Shown one piece after another: positions 38,064 to 46,716 of a DNA stretch of 54,175 nt. The DNA lies in the NCBI GenBank assembly GCA_049687615.1, contig JBAVJE010000286.1, forward strand, positions 1 to 54,175. Direction: 5' to 3'. Every line of letters begins with the position of its first letter. Within the stretch, counting starts at the first letter, position 1. The DNA comes from Salinimicrobium sp. Its GTDB lineage: Bacteria > Bacteroidota > Bacteroidia > Flavobacteriales > Flavobacteriaceae. The notes under the pieces were generated by a model. The model had not been told where the DNA came from and did not search any database. It saw only the letters and a list, made by a program, of their open reading frames with translations. The position numbers were made by a program, and so were the translations under genes.

Positions 38064-39344
38064 ATGAAAAACTTAGTAAAATTTACCAGCTTATTTTTCT
38101 TCGCTGTTTTTGCTTTCCAAATGCAGGCACAAGAAACTTCATTATGGGACAGATCTCTTCCTAACTTCAGGTATCCAGATCAACGTGGTATTGACATGTT
38201 TGAGCCTACCAAAGATACTATCGGTGATGACTTTGACGGAGTTCAAGTGAGAACCGGTGGAGCTTTTGCTTTACAATTCCAGGCTCTTGATCATGAAAGT
38301 GACTTTGTTGCTCTTCCAGATCTTGAGGGGAATGTTAACCTTGCAACTGCAAACCTTGACCTTGATGTTCTTTTAGCTAAAGGAATGAGAGTTCACCTTT
38401 CAACTTATCTTTCTTCTCAACACCACACAGAGGCATACGTAAAAGGTGGTTATCTTCAAATTGACGCTCTTGACTTCATCAGCGAAGGTTTCGCTTCTGG
38501 GATTATGGACCACATGAGAATTAAAGTTGGTCACATGGAAAACAACTATGGTGATGCTCACTTTAGAAGAACCGACAACGCGATGGCTCTTTACAACCCA
38601 TTCGTTGGAAACTACCTTATGGACAGCTTTACTACCGAAGTTGGTGCTGAAGTATACTACTTCGATGGCCCATGGTTAGGTATGGTTGGATTCACCAACG
38701 GTAAATTGAACCAGTCAACTGCAGGTGATGGTGAAACTGATCCTTCTTTCCTGGCAAAAGTTGGTTATGACAACCAATTCTCTGAAGACTTAAGATTCAG
38801 ATTGACAGGATCTCTTTTCTACAGTGGACACAACTACGGTCGTGGTAACTACCTTTACACAGGTGACCGTGCAGGTACTCGTTACTACAACGTAATGACA
38901 GATGCTGACGGAAACGGTGACGGTTTTAGAGGAGGTCGTATTGGAACTTCTTTCAACAATGAAATGACTGCGATCATGATCAACCCATTCTTGAAGTATG
39001 GTGGACTTGAATTCTTCGGAATTATCGAAACTAACACTGGGAAAGACAAAAATGATTCTGATACAAAAACTTACAATCACTTTGCAGGAGAGCTTATCTA
39101 CAGATTTGGTGCTAAAGAAGACTTCTACCTAGGTGGTCGTTACAGTACTGTAACTGGAGATCTAACTGACACAGATGAAATCACTGTAAACAGATTGCAA
39201 CTTGGAGCTGGATGGTTCATGACTAAAAACGTTCTTACTAAACTTGAGTACGTAAACCAAGACTACAACGACTATCCATCAAGTGATCTTCACTACGGAG
39301 GTAACTTCAACGGAGTTACACTTGAGGCTACAATCAGCTTCTAA
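38064..39344 (+). CDS. Uncharacterised outer-membrane beta-barrel protein
   Basis: Signal peptide, alternating amphipathic strands and C-terminal ...TLEATISF BAM-type motif. Confidence 0.75.
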   Translation: MKNLVKFTSLFFFAVFAFQMQAQETSLWDRSLPNFRYPDQRGIDMFEPTKDTIGDDFDGVQVRTGGAFALQFQALDHESDFVALPDLEGNVNLATANLDLDVLLAKGMRVHLSTYLSSQHHTEAYVKGGYLQIDALDFISEGFASGIMDHMRIKVGHMENNYGDAHFRRTDNAMALYNPFVGNYLMDSFTTEVGAEVYYFDGPWLGMVGFTNGKLNQSTAGDGETDPSFLAKVGYDNQFSEDLRFRLTGSLFYSGHNYGRGNYLYTGDRAGTRYYNVMTDADGNGDGFRGGRIGTSFNNEMTAIMINPFLKYGGLEFFGIIETNTGKDKNDSDTKTYNHFAGELIYRFGAKEDFYLGGRYSTVTGDLTDTDEITVNRLQLGAGWFMTKNVLTKLEYVNQDYNDYPSSDLHYGGNFNGVTLEATISF

Positions 39345-39372
39345 GTCTAAGGCTTTCGTTTAATATAACCCG

Positions 39373-39405
39373 AAAATGGGGGAACCGGGTTCCCCCATTT
39401 TTTTT
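39373..39405 (+). terminator. Intrinsic terminator-like hairpin after the barrel gene
   Basis: AAAATGGGGGAAC-CGG-GTTCCCCCATTTTTTTT. Confidence 0.8.
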
Positions 39406-39422
39406 ACCTAAATTTGAATGCT

Positions 39423-39998
39423 ATGAAAAAGTTTATGCTAATAATGTTGCTGTTTGCCGGTGGAGTCCTGAGTGCGCAAAACGACTTTCATAATAAAACA
39501 GTAAAGGTGCTTCCCTCCAGCAAACTAACTATAAACGGGGACACCAACATCAACGAATTCCAGTGTGAATTTGACACTTCTTACCTCTCTGAAGAGAACA
39601 ATTTTGACTATACGGTAACCGGTTCGGAAATAACTTTTACCGGAGCCATCCTATCCCTGGAATCAAAAGGCTTTGACTGCGGAAGCCGGGGAATTAATAA
39701 AGACTTCAAATCGCTCATCAAAAGCGAAAAATATCCCCAAATCCTCCTGCAACTGGAAAAAGCAAAAATGCTTTCTGCCGAAAAAGCCAAGGTAAGAGTA
39801 TGCATTACCATTGCCGGAATACTTAAAATTTATGACATTCCTGTTGAGATCCAGAATCATGATGAGATTTCAACTTTTAAGGGAACTCTCGAGTTGAATA
39901 TCAACGACTTCAAACTTGAACCTCCCACAAAACTCTTTGGGATAATTGTCGTCAAAGACAATATTGAGATCGACTTTGATCTCAAAGTAAAAAAATAA
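39423..39998 (+). CDS. Second exported YceI-like protein
   Basis: Signal peptide; GDTNINEF, ITIAG and DFKLEPPTKLFG.I.V.D.I.I.F. ATG at 39423. Confidence 0.8.
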   Translation: MKKFMLIMLLFAGGVLSAQNDFHNKTVKVLPSSKLTINGDTNINEFQCEFDTSYLSEENNFDYTVTGSEITFTGAILSLESKGFDCGSRGINKDFKSLIKSEKYPQILLQLEKAKMLSAEKAKVRVCITIAGILKIYDIPVEIQNHDEISTFKGTLELNINDFKLEPPTKLFGIIVVKDNIEIDFDLKVKK

Positions 39999-40014
39999 AC
40001 CAATCTAACCTGCC

Positions 40015-41289
40015 ATGGAACTAGTTTCAGCCTCTCAAGCCGTATCTCACGTTAAATCTGGAGACAGGGTATTCTTTCAGGGAGCCGCAATGACCCCTAA
40101 TATACTTATTAACGCGCTAAGCGAACGCTATAAAGAGCTGCGTGATGTGGAAATCATTCAGATTCATACTGAAGGAAATGCACCTTACACAAAAGCTCCT
40201 GCCAATGAAGCATTTCACATCAATAGCTGCTTTGTTGCCGGCAATGTGAGAGAAGCTGTAAATTCAAGCTATGGAGCTTATATCCCAATCTTCCTTAGTG
40301 AGATCCACTATTTATTCAGAAGAAATATCCTTCCGCTTGACGTGGCATTCATTCAGGTTTCACCACCAGATAAGCATGGCTACTGCTCTTTAGGAGTTTC
40401 CGTAGACATTACTTTACCTGCGATCCAAACCGCTAAAAAAGTGATCGCCCAAATCAATCCTCAGGTTCCAAGAACTCATGGTGATGGTATCATTCATGTT
40501 TCCAGGATAACAGCTGCAACAGAGGTAGATCACCCCATACATATACATGCACCCGGCAATCCTTCGGAAGTTGAGAAACAAATTGGAAGACACGTAGCCG
40601 AACTTATTGAAGACGGAGCCACTTTGCAAATGGGAATCGGGAATATCCCGAACGTAGTACTTTCAAACCTTATGAACCACAAAAGGCTGGGTATCCATAC
40701 CGAGCTCTTTTCAGATGGTGTGCTACCACTCATCAAAAGTGGTGTGGTTACCGGCGAGGAAAAAGAGATCAAGACCGGAAAGATCGTGACCTGTTTCTCA
40801 ATGGGTTCTCAGGAGCTTTACGATTTTGTTGATGATAATCCACTGGTACATTTTAAAGAAGCCGGCTATACGAATGACACAGCGATCATTCGCCAAAATC
40901 CAAAGGTTACTGCCATTAATAGCGCCATTGAAATAGACCTTACCGGCCAGATTTGTGCCGACACTATAGGGAATTATCAATATTCTGGAGTTGGCGGTCA
41001 AATGGACTTTATTCGCGGAGCGTCTCTTTCTGAAGGCGGGAAAGCTATCATTGCGATGCCTTCTACTACCGCAAAAGGCATTTCCAAGATCGTACCATAC
41101 CTTCGGGACGGTGCCGGGGTAACTACAACAAGAGCCCACGTGCATTACATCGCAACCGAGTATGGAGTGGTGAACCTATATGGGAAAAACCTCAAACAAA
41201 GAGCAAAAGCCCTTATTTCGATCGCCCATCCCGATCATAGAGAACAGCTGGAAAAAGAAGCTTTCGCCCGCCTTAACAAGACACGTTAG
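40015..41289 (+). CDS. Acetyl-CoA hydrolase/CoA-transferase (4-hydroxybutyrate CoA-transferase-like)
   Basis: LQMGIG, HTELFSDG, SGVGGQMDF and ATEYG family I CoA-transferase motifs. Confidence 0.92.
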   Translation: MELVSASQAVSHVKSGDRVFFQGAAMTPNILINALSERYKELRDVEIIQIHTEGNAPYTKAPANEAFHINSCFVAGNVREAVNSSYGAYIPIFLSEIHYLFRRNILPLDVAFIQVSPPDKHGYCSLGVSVDITLPAIQTAKKVIAQINPQVPRTHGDGIIHVSRITAATEVDHPIHIHAPGNPSEVEKQIGRHVAELIEDGATLQMGIGNIPNVVLSNLMNHKRLGIHTELFSDGVLPLIKSGVVTGEEKEIKTGKIVTCFSMGSQELYDFVDDNPLVHFKEAGYTNDTAIIRQNPKVTAINSAIEIDLTGQICADTIGNYQYSGVGGQMDFIRGASLSEGGKAIIAMPSTTAKGISKIVPYLRDGAGVTTTRAHVHYIATEYGVVNLYGKNLKQRAKALISIAHPDHREQLEKEAFARLNKTR

Positions 41290-41371
41290 AGAACTGTCAA
41301 AAAGGGCAATTTAGAAGATGCTTTCTTAAAAAAAGAATACCTTTAAGGAAAACAACTAAAAATTGCACGAG

Positions 41372-41671
41372 ATGAAAAGCAGCTTTAACGAGATCATTTC
41401 TGAAGACAAACCTGTTCTTATCGACTTTTCTGCCGATTGGTGCGGGCCCTGTAAGGCACTTGCCCCTATTCTGCAACAAGCCAAAGCAGAACTGGGAGAT
41501 TCGGTAAAAATTGTTAAGATAGATGTCGACAGGAACCAGCAACTGGCCGGGAAGTACCAGGTACGCGGGGTACCAACCCTCATTCTATTCAAAAAAGGAC
41601 AACAACTTTGGCGACAGTCCGGCGTGGTACAAAAAGACGATCTTGTAAGATTAATCCAGTCGCATCAATAA
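41372..41671 (+). CDS. trxA: Thioredoxin
   Basis: WCGPCK active site and GVPT. ATG at 41372. Confidence 0.93.
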   Translation: MKSSFNEIISEDKPVLIDFSADWCGPCKALAPILQQAKAELGDSVKIVKIDVDRNQQLAGKYQVRGVPTLILFKKGQQLWRQSGVVQKDDLVRLIQSHQ

Positions 41672-41674
41672 TCC

Positions 41675-42271
41675 ATGATAGATGAAAATTTGCTGCTGGA
41701 CTTCGGCGCAAAAAAAATTCCTTATTCCAAAGGAGACCAGTTATTCAGGGAAGGTGATTCTGCCCTGAATTTCTATCAGGTCGCTTCGGGAGAGATCAAG
41801 ATGAATAATTATAATGAAGATGGAAAGGAGTTCATCCAGGGTATCTTTGCAGTTGGCCAGAGCTTTGGGGAACCTCCCCTACTCGCTAACGTAAAGTATC
41901 CTGCCAATGCCGAGGCTATTTCAGATGCAGAGGTTTTTCAGCTCTCCAAGGAGCATTTTCTGGAACTGCTTTCTTCGAATCCAAAAGTTCATCTCAAGAT
42001 TACTCAAACCCTGGCAAAAAGGCTATTTTATAAAGCTATTATGGCTTCCGAGATATCGAGCCAGGAACCGGAACATCGAATCCTCCGAATCCTTGACTAC
42101 TTAAAAAAACACGTACACCGAACAGAAGGAAAATTTAGCTTTAAACTTGATCTTACCCGGCAGCAACTCGCCGACCTTACGGGACTGCGCGTAGAGACCG
42201 TAATAAGGGCTACCAAATCATTAGAAAAAAAGGGGGAGTTGCAAATCAAGAAGCGAAAAGTTTACAGGTAA
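41675..42271 (+). CDS. Crp/Fnr family transcriptional regulator (no FNR cysteines; DNR/NssR-like context)
   Basis: GQSFGE cNMP-like domain; TRQQLADLTGLRVETVIR HTH; no Cys in the sequence. Confidence 0.92.
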   Translation: MIDENLLLDFGAKKIPYSKGDQLFREGDSALNFYQVASGEIKMNNYNEDGKEFIQGIFAVGQSFGEPPLLANVKYPANAEAISDAEVFQLSKEHFLELLSSNPKVHLKITQTLAKRLFYKAIMASEISSQEPEHRILRILDYLKKHVHRTEGKFSFKLDLTRQQLADLTGLRVETVIRATKSLEKKGELQIKKRKVYR

Positions 42272-42321
42272 TTTCCCTTTTATGAAGTCAGTCGGGTAAT
42301 TAGGATATGATTATCCTGTTT

Positions 42322-42365
42322 ATGACTCGAATCATAACTCAGCCGTCCCATTACCGGTATTTTTA
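42322..42365 (+). promoter_or_regulatory. FNR-like box, 22-nt spacer and variant -7 element (globin operon promoter)
   Basis: ATGACTCGAATCAT at 42322-42335; TATTTTTA at 42358-42365. Confidence 0.75.
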
Positions 42366-42385
42366 CAGGAGTAAAAATTACAGGT

Positions 42386-42676
42386 ATGAAACTTTACAAT
42401 AAACTTTATAAGGATTTTGAGGAACTATTTATTGGTTATTCGGCTGTAGCCATAATTATTTCAAGTTGTCTTGGTGCTGCCACGGCCATGGTTATCCTCA
42501 TGAACGGGCATGACCTGCTGCAAATGTTTCAGCTATTTCTGGTAGTGGCAGTCAGCATGATCTATTTAGTGACGGTTTTAGCGCAAATGAAGCCTAAATT
42601 TGTCTTTAATACTTTAATTTTAAGTCTCGTATTGAGCAGCCTTCTTTTGCTCATCAACGTGGCGATGAGGTACTAA
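42386..42676 (+). CDS. Small three-TM hypothetical protein, probably co-transcribed with the globin
   Basis: Hydrophobic 96-aa ORF ending 6 nt before the globin gene. Confidence 0.75.
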   Translation: MKLYNKLYKDFEELFIGYSAVAIIISSCLGAATAMVILMNGHDLLQMFQLFLVVAVSMIYLVTVLAQMKPKFVFNTLILSLVLSSLLLLINVAMRY

Positions 42677-42682
42677 AATGTA

Positions 42683-43075
42683 ATGATGAAAAACGATATT
42701 CAAAACCGGGAGGATGTTTTTCACCTGGTTTCTTCTTTTTATACCAAGGTTAGAGCTAACCGGGAAATAGGACACTTCTTTAACGAAACCATTGAAGACT
42801 GGCCGGTACATCTTGAAAAGTTAACCGACTTTTGGGAAACTAATCTTTTTATGGTAAGTAAATTCCGCGGAAATCCTATGCGGGCACATAAGCGGGTAGA
42901 CCAAAGTTTTGATCATACCATAGAGCAGCGGCATTTTGGGGAATGGTTGAATATGTGGTTTCAAACCGTAGACGAATTATTTGAAGGAGAACGCGCGAAC
43001 ATTGCCAAAAACAGGGCCCGGAATATGGCAGGAAATATCTTTTTGAATATGTACCAAAGCAGGCCGAAAACCTGA
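42683..43075 (+). CDS. Group III truncated hemoglobin (trHbP)
   Basis: LV..FY.KVR, W..HL.KL.DFW, GNPMRAH and HFGEWL.MW..TVDELF.G pattern. Confidence 0.92.
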   Translation: MMKNDIQNREDVFHLVSSFYTKVRANREIGHFFNETIEDWPVHLEKLTDFWETNLFMVSKFRGNPMRAHKRVDQSFDHTIEQRHFGEWLNMWFQTVDELFEGERANIAKNRARNMAGNIFLNMYQSRPKT

Positions 43076-43096
43076 TTTTAGAAAATTTATAAAACG

Positions 43097-43123
43097 AAAA
43101 AATCCGGATTGCTCCGGATTTTT
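43097..43123. terminator. Bidirectional terminator between the globin gene and hemN
   Basis: AAAAAATCCGGA-TTGC-TCCGGATTTTT between convergent genes. Confidence 0.8.
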
Positions 43124-43141
43124 GTGTTTCAAAATGCTTTT

Positions 43142-44506
43142 TTAGACAGTCATTGAAAACAACTGGGTTCCCGGCTTGCTGCGTTGCAACAAAAGGTCAA
43201 AAGCCATACAAACATTCCGCACAAAAGGCCTTCCTTTCTCATTAATGAGGAGTCGGTCTTTTTCTATCTCAATAAGTCCATCGCTTTCCATCTCCTTTAG
43301 CCTGGACAATACTTCCGGTAATTCTGCGAAAGAATCCCGCCCGTCGCTCCAGGAGGTTTCCAGGTTGCACATCAAATTGAGTATGTGCTTTCTTAATTTT
43401 TCATCTTCTTCGGTAAGTATATGTCCTCTGTAGATTGGCAGCTCATTTTTTTCCAGCAGCTCGTAATATTCCTCCAGGGTTTTTACATTTTGAGCAAAAC
43501 CCATCCAGCTATCACTTATTGCGGAAACACCTAAACCTACCATCACCTTTGTTTTTGAGGCTGTATAACCCATAAAATTCCGGTGTAGTTTTTTCTTTTC
43601 TACCGCTTTGTAAAGAGAATCAGATTTTAAGGCGAAATGGTCCATGCCTATTTCCACATACCCGGCTTCGGCCAGCATTCTTTTACCCGTCTCATACATT
43701 TCGCGTTTTACATCGGCAATCGGCAGGTCATCTTCTTTAAAACCGCGTTGCCCGTTTCCTTTGATCCAGGGGACATGGGCGTAGCTGTAGAAGGCGATGC
43801 GGTCGGGCATTAGTTGTTTGGTCTTTTCTATAGTGGTTACAATATGCTCCACAGTCTGGAACGGAAGTCCGAAAATAATATCATGACCAACCGAATCATA
43901 ACCTATCTCTCTCGCCTGGTCTGTCGCGTCTTTTACATTTTTAAAAGGCTGAAACCGATGAATAGCCTGCTGCACCACGGGGTTATAATCCTGCACTCCA
44001 TAGCTTACCCTGTGAAAACCTAACTCATGCAGCGCCTGTAAATGTTCTTTTTTGGTGTTATTGGGGTGACCTTCAAAACTGAAATCAAATTCTTCAGCCC
44101 TCTCTGCTTTCTCAAAAAGGCCATTGATCAAAAATTTCAGATTTTCAGGAGAAAAGAATGTAGGAGTTCCTCCTCCCAGGTGAATTTCCTTTATAACCGG
44201 CTTTTCCTCAAGCAACGCCACATATAGCGTCCACTCCTCTAATACCGCCGAAATGTAGGGAGATTCCACGTCGTGCCTCTTCGTAATACGCTTATTACAG
44301 CCGCAAAATGTGCACAAACTCTCGCAAAAAGGTAGATGTATATATAAGCTGATTCCTTCTGTAGCGTTGCTTTCCAAAAATGACTTTTTCAGGGTCTCTT
44401 TATATTCCTCAATAGAAAAATTTCCCTGGTCCCAATAAGGTACAGTTGGATAACTGGTGTACCTGGGCCCGGCCACATTATATTTATTAATTAAAAAATC
44501 GCTCAT
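43142..44506 (-). CDS. hemN: Oxygen-independent coproporphyrinogen III oxidase
   Basis: GPRYTSYPT, CESLCTFCGC, GGGTPT and RNFMGYT motifs. Confidence 0.97.
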   Translation of the reverse strand: MSDFLINKYNVAGPRYTSYPTVPYWDQGNFSIEEYKETLKKSFLESNATEGISLYIHLPFCESLCTFCGCNKRITKRHDVESPYISAVLEEWTLYVALLEEKPVIKEIHLGGGTPTFFSPENLKFLINGLFEKAERAEEFDFSFEGHPNNTKKEHLQALHELGFHRVSYGVQDYNPVVQQAIHRFQPFKNVKDATDQAREIGYDSVGHDIIFGLPFQTVEHIVTTIEKTKQLMPDRIAFYSYAHVPWIKGNGQRGFKEDDLPIADVKREMYETGKRMLAEAGYVEIGMDHFALKSDSLYKAVEKKKLHRNFMGYTASKTKVMVGLGVSAISDSWMGFAQNVKTLEEYYELLEKNELPIYRGHILTEEDEKLRKHILNLMCNLETSWSDGRDSFAELPEVLSRLKEMESDGLIEIEKDRLLINEKGRPFVRNVCMAFDLLLQRSKPGTQLFSMTV

Positions 44507-44522
44507 TCCTGATAATTTAGCG

Positions 44523-44566
44523 CAAATTTAATTCGAAAGCAAGGCTTAAACAATGATTCAAATCAG
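44523..44566 (-). promoter_or_regulatory. FNR-like box, 22-nt spacer and -7 element (hemN promoter)
   Basis: Minus strand CTGATTTGAATCAT at 44566-44553; TAAATTTG at 44530-44523. Confidence 0.85.
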
Positions 44567-44619
44567 GTTAAGAATGTCCGAATTTCAAAAATATCTTCGA
44601 AAAATCCCATTTTTGGAAC

Positions 44620-45396
44620 CTATAACTTGGGCTGCTTCTCTGTAAGATATTTCCAATAGCGCCTTGGGAGGTGCTGTTGATGCAACTTTGAATTGGCACG
44701 GCTTTTTATATTGACACTTTTAAAATATTCCTGCCACAGCTTTTGAAATTGCAGCTCGCTGCTATGAAAAAATGCTTCGGAAGCACCCGCGATCCCAATT
44801 TCGGGATCCAGAGTAAGCGAAACATATTCCATCTTCTCCAGGTCGTAGAAAAGACCAAGCTGCCTTTTGAGGTCATAGATGAGCCATTTCTGATCGGCAT
44901 AGCGTTTACCGAAGTGGCCGGCCAACAATGGCAGGACGTGAAAATCGGGTTCAATTGCGGCAAAATAGATCTCGTCTTTGGTAAGCCTGAAGCGCACAAA
45001 GGCTTCCATCCTGTGCTTTTCCCGTCCAACCTGCCGGGCTACCTGCGAAACTTTCAAAACGGCCGGATGAGAGAAATCCCGGTCTACCGGTTGTTCATTC
45101 TTCAGAATGTATTTTATCATGCTGTACAACTCAAGCTCTATTCCCGGCTGCTCACTCAAAAATGCCATTTTAAGAGCACTTTTCCCCTTTGCTGAAGCCT
45201 TGCTTTCAACGGCCTTCCAAACTCTTGAGGCTTTTTCGGGTTCTGTAGCAATAGTGTGGACATCAGCAAAAAGCTCAGCTTCCGCCTTATCTTCGGCAGT
45301 GATTTTCACCGGCTGCAGTTTTTGCTCATAAGCGGCAAATACGCAGCAGAGAAAACCTTCGAAGCCTCCGTCATAGCTTAGAACTGTTGCATTCAT
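44620..45396 (-). CDS. TIGR03915/DUF4130-type putative DNA repair protein
   Basis: YDGGFEGFL, REKHRMEAFVRF, RYADQKWLIYD and P.RYWKYLTE motifs; overlaps the radical SAM gene by 4 nt. Confidence 0.85.
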   Translation of the reverse strand: MNATVLSYDGGFEGFLCCVFAAYEQKLQPVKITAEDKAEAELFADVHTIATEPEKASRVWKAVESKASAKGKSALKMAFLSEQPGIELELYSMIKYILKNEQPVDRDFSHPAVLKVSQVARQVGREKHRMEAFVRFRLTKDEIYFAAIEPDFHVLPLLAGHFGKRYADQKWLIYDLKRQLGLFYDLEKMEYVSLTLDPEIGIAGASEAFFHSSELQFQKLWQEYFKSVNIKSRANSKLHQQHLPRRYWKYLTEKQPKL

Positions 45397-46655
45397 AAGA
45401 ATAGGCTTAATTGCGGGCTCAGCGGTATTTTATATTTACTGTGGGACTCGTTTAAAATAATCGATTTTAGCTGGTCACTGGTATGATCATGTATTTCCCA
45501 TCCCCCCGACCAGGCTGTGAGAAAATATTTTGCCCTGTTCATAGCGATCCCCAGCTTTTTAAGATGCTCTATGTTCAAATTCCGGAACTTTCTCGCCTGT
45601 AGGATCTTGTTGACAGACTTTAACCCCACACCCGGAATCCTTAGCAGCAGCTGTTTTTCGGCTGTGTTCACATCTACCGGAAAAAGATGCCTGTTGCGCA
45701 GCGCCCAACTCAACTTCGGGTCTATTTCCAGATCAAGGTCACGATGCTCCTCATTAAGCAGCTCCCGAACGTCAAAACCATAGAACCTCAGCAACCAGTC
45801 TGTTTGATACAGCCTGTTCTCCCGCAGCACCGGCACCTGGCTGGTAATGGCCGGCAGGCGTTGATCTGTGGTCACCGGCACATAACCGGAGTAGTACACC
45901 CGCTTCATATGGAACTTCTTGTAAAAGAAATTCGCCGAATACATGATATCCCTGTCGCTCTCACCCGAGGCACCAATGATCATTTGAGTGCTCTGCCCTG
46001 CCGGCGCATATTTAGGGGTGCTTTTGATGAGCCTGCTCTCCTGCTTATATTGAATGATCTCATTTTTCACCTTTTTCATGGGTTTGAGAAAATCCTCGTG
46101 TTTCTTGTCGGGAGCCAACAGCTTAAGCCCGCTTTTAGTGGGAATTTCGATATTGACGCTAAGCCTGTCGGCATACAGTCCCGCCTCTCGCATGAGCTCG
46201 TCGCTGGCCCCGGGAATAGATTTTAGATGAATGTAGCCGTTAAAATTTTCTTCCAGCCTAAGCTTCTTCGCCACCTTTATAAGTCGCTCCATGGTATAAT
46301 CGGCATCTTTAAAAATTCCGGAGCTTAAAAAAAGGCCTTCTATATAGTTGCGCCGATAAAAATGAATGGTAAGATCTACAACTTCCTGCACTTTAAAGGC
46401 AGCGCGCTTGATATCATTGCTCTTGCGGGTGACGCAGTAGGCGCAGTCAAAGATGCAGTGATTGGTTAGAAGGATTTTCAGCAGGGATACACAGCGGCCG
46501 TCTTCGGTGTAGGAATGGCAGATTCCCATACCGGAGACATTTCCTAAACCTTTGATTGTATTGCTGCGCTTGCTGCCACTGGAGGAACAGGAAACGTCAT
46601 ATTTTGCCGCATCGGCAAGTATATTCAGCTTCTCCTTAATCCTTTCATAGTCCAT
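45393..46655 (-). CDS. Putative DNA modification/repair radical SAM protein with HhH (TIGR03916-type)
   Basis: AKYDVSC, GICHS, CIFDCAYC, RENRLYQTDWLLRFYGF and LLRIPGVG motifs. Confidence 0.9.
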   Translation of the reverse strand: MDYERIKEKLNILADAAKYDVSCSSSGSKRSNTIKGLGNVSGMGICHSYTEDGRCVSLLKILLTNHCIFDCAYCVTRKSNDIKRAAFKVQEVVDLTIHFYRRNYIEGLFLSSGIFKDADYTMERLIKVAKKLRLEENFNGYIHLKSIPGASDELMREAGLYADRLSVNIEIPTKSGLKLLAPDKKHEDFLKPMKKVKNEIIQYKQESRLIKSTPKYAPAGQSTQMIIGASGESDRDIMYSANFFYKKFHMKRVYYSGYVPVTTDQRLPAITSQVPVLRENRLYQTDWLLRFYGFDVRELLNEEHRDLDLEIDPKLSWALRNRHLFPVDVNTAEKQLLLRIPGVGLKSVNKILQARKFRNLNIEHLKKLGIAMNRAKYFLTAWSGGWEIHDHTSDQLKSIILNESHSKYKIPLSPQLSLFL

Positions 46656-46657
46656 GT

Positions 46658-46706
46658 GGAAATTTTCCTAAAAATAGGATATTTTCCATTTATACGGAAT
46701 TTTTCC
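46658..46706. promoter_or_regulatory. Three GGA-N5-TCC palindromes at a 19-bp period (putative Bacteroidota SOS/LexA-like operator array)
   Basis: GGAAATTTTCC at 46658, GGATATTTTCC at 46677 and GGAATTTTTCC at 46696, directly upstream of the radical SAM start. Confidence 0.8.
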
Positions 46707-46716
46707 GAAGACAAAA

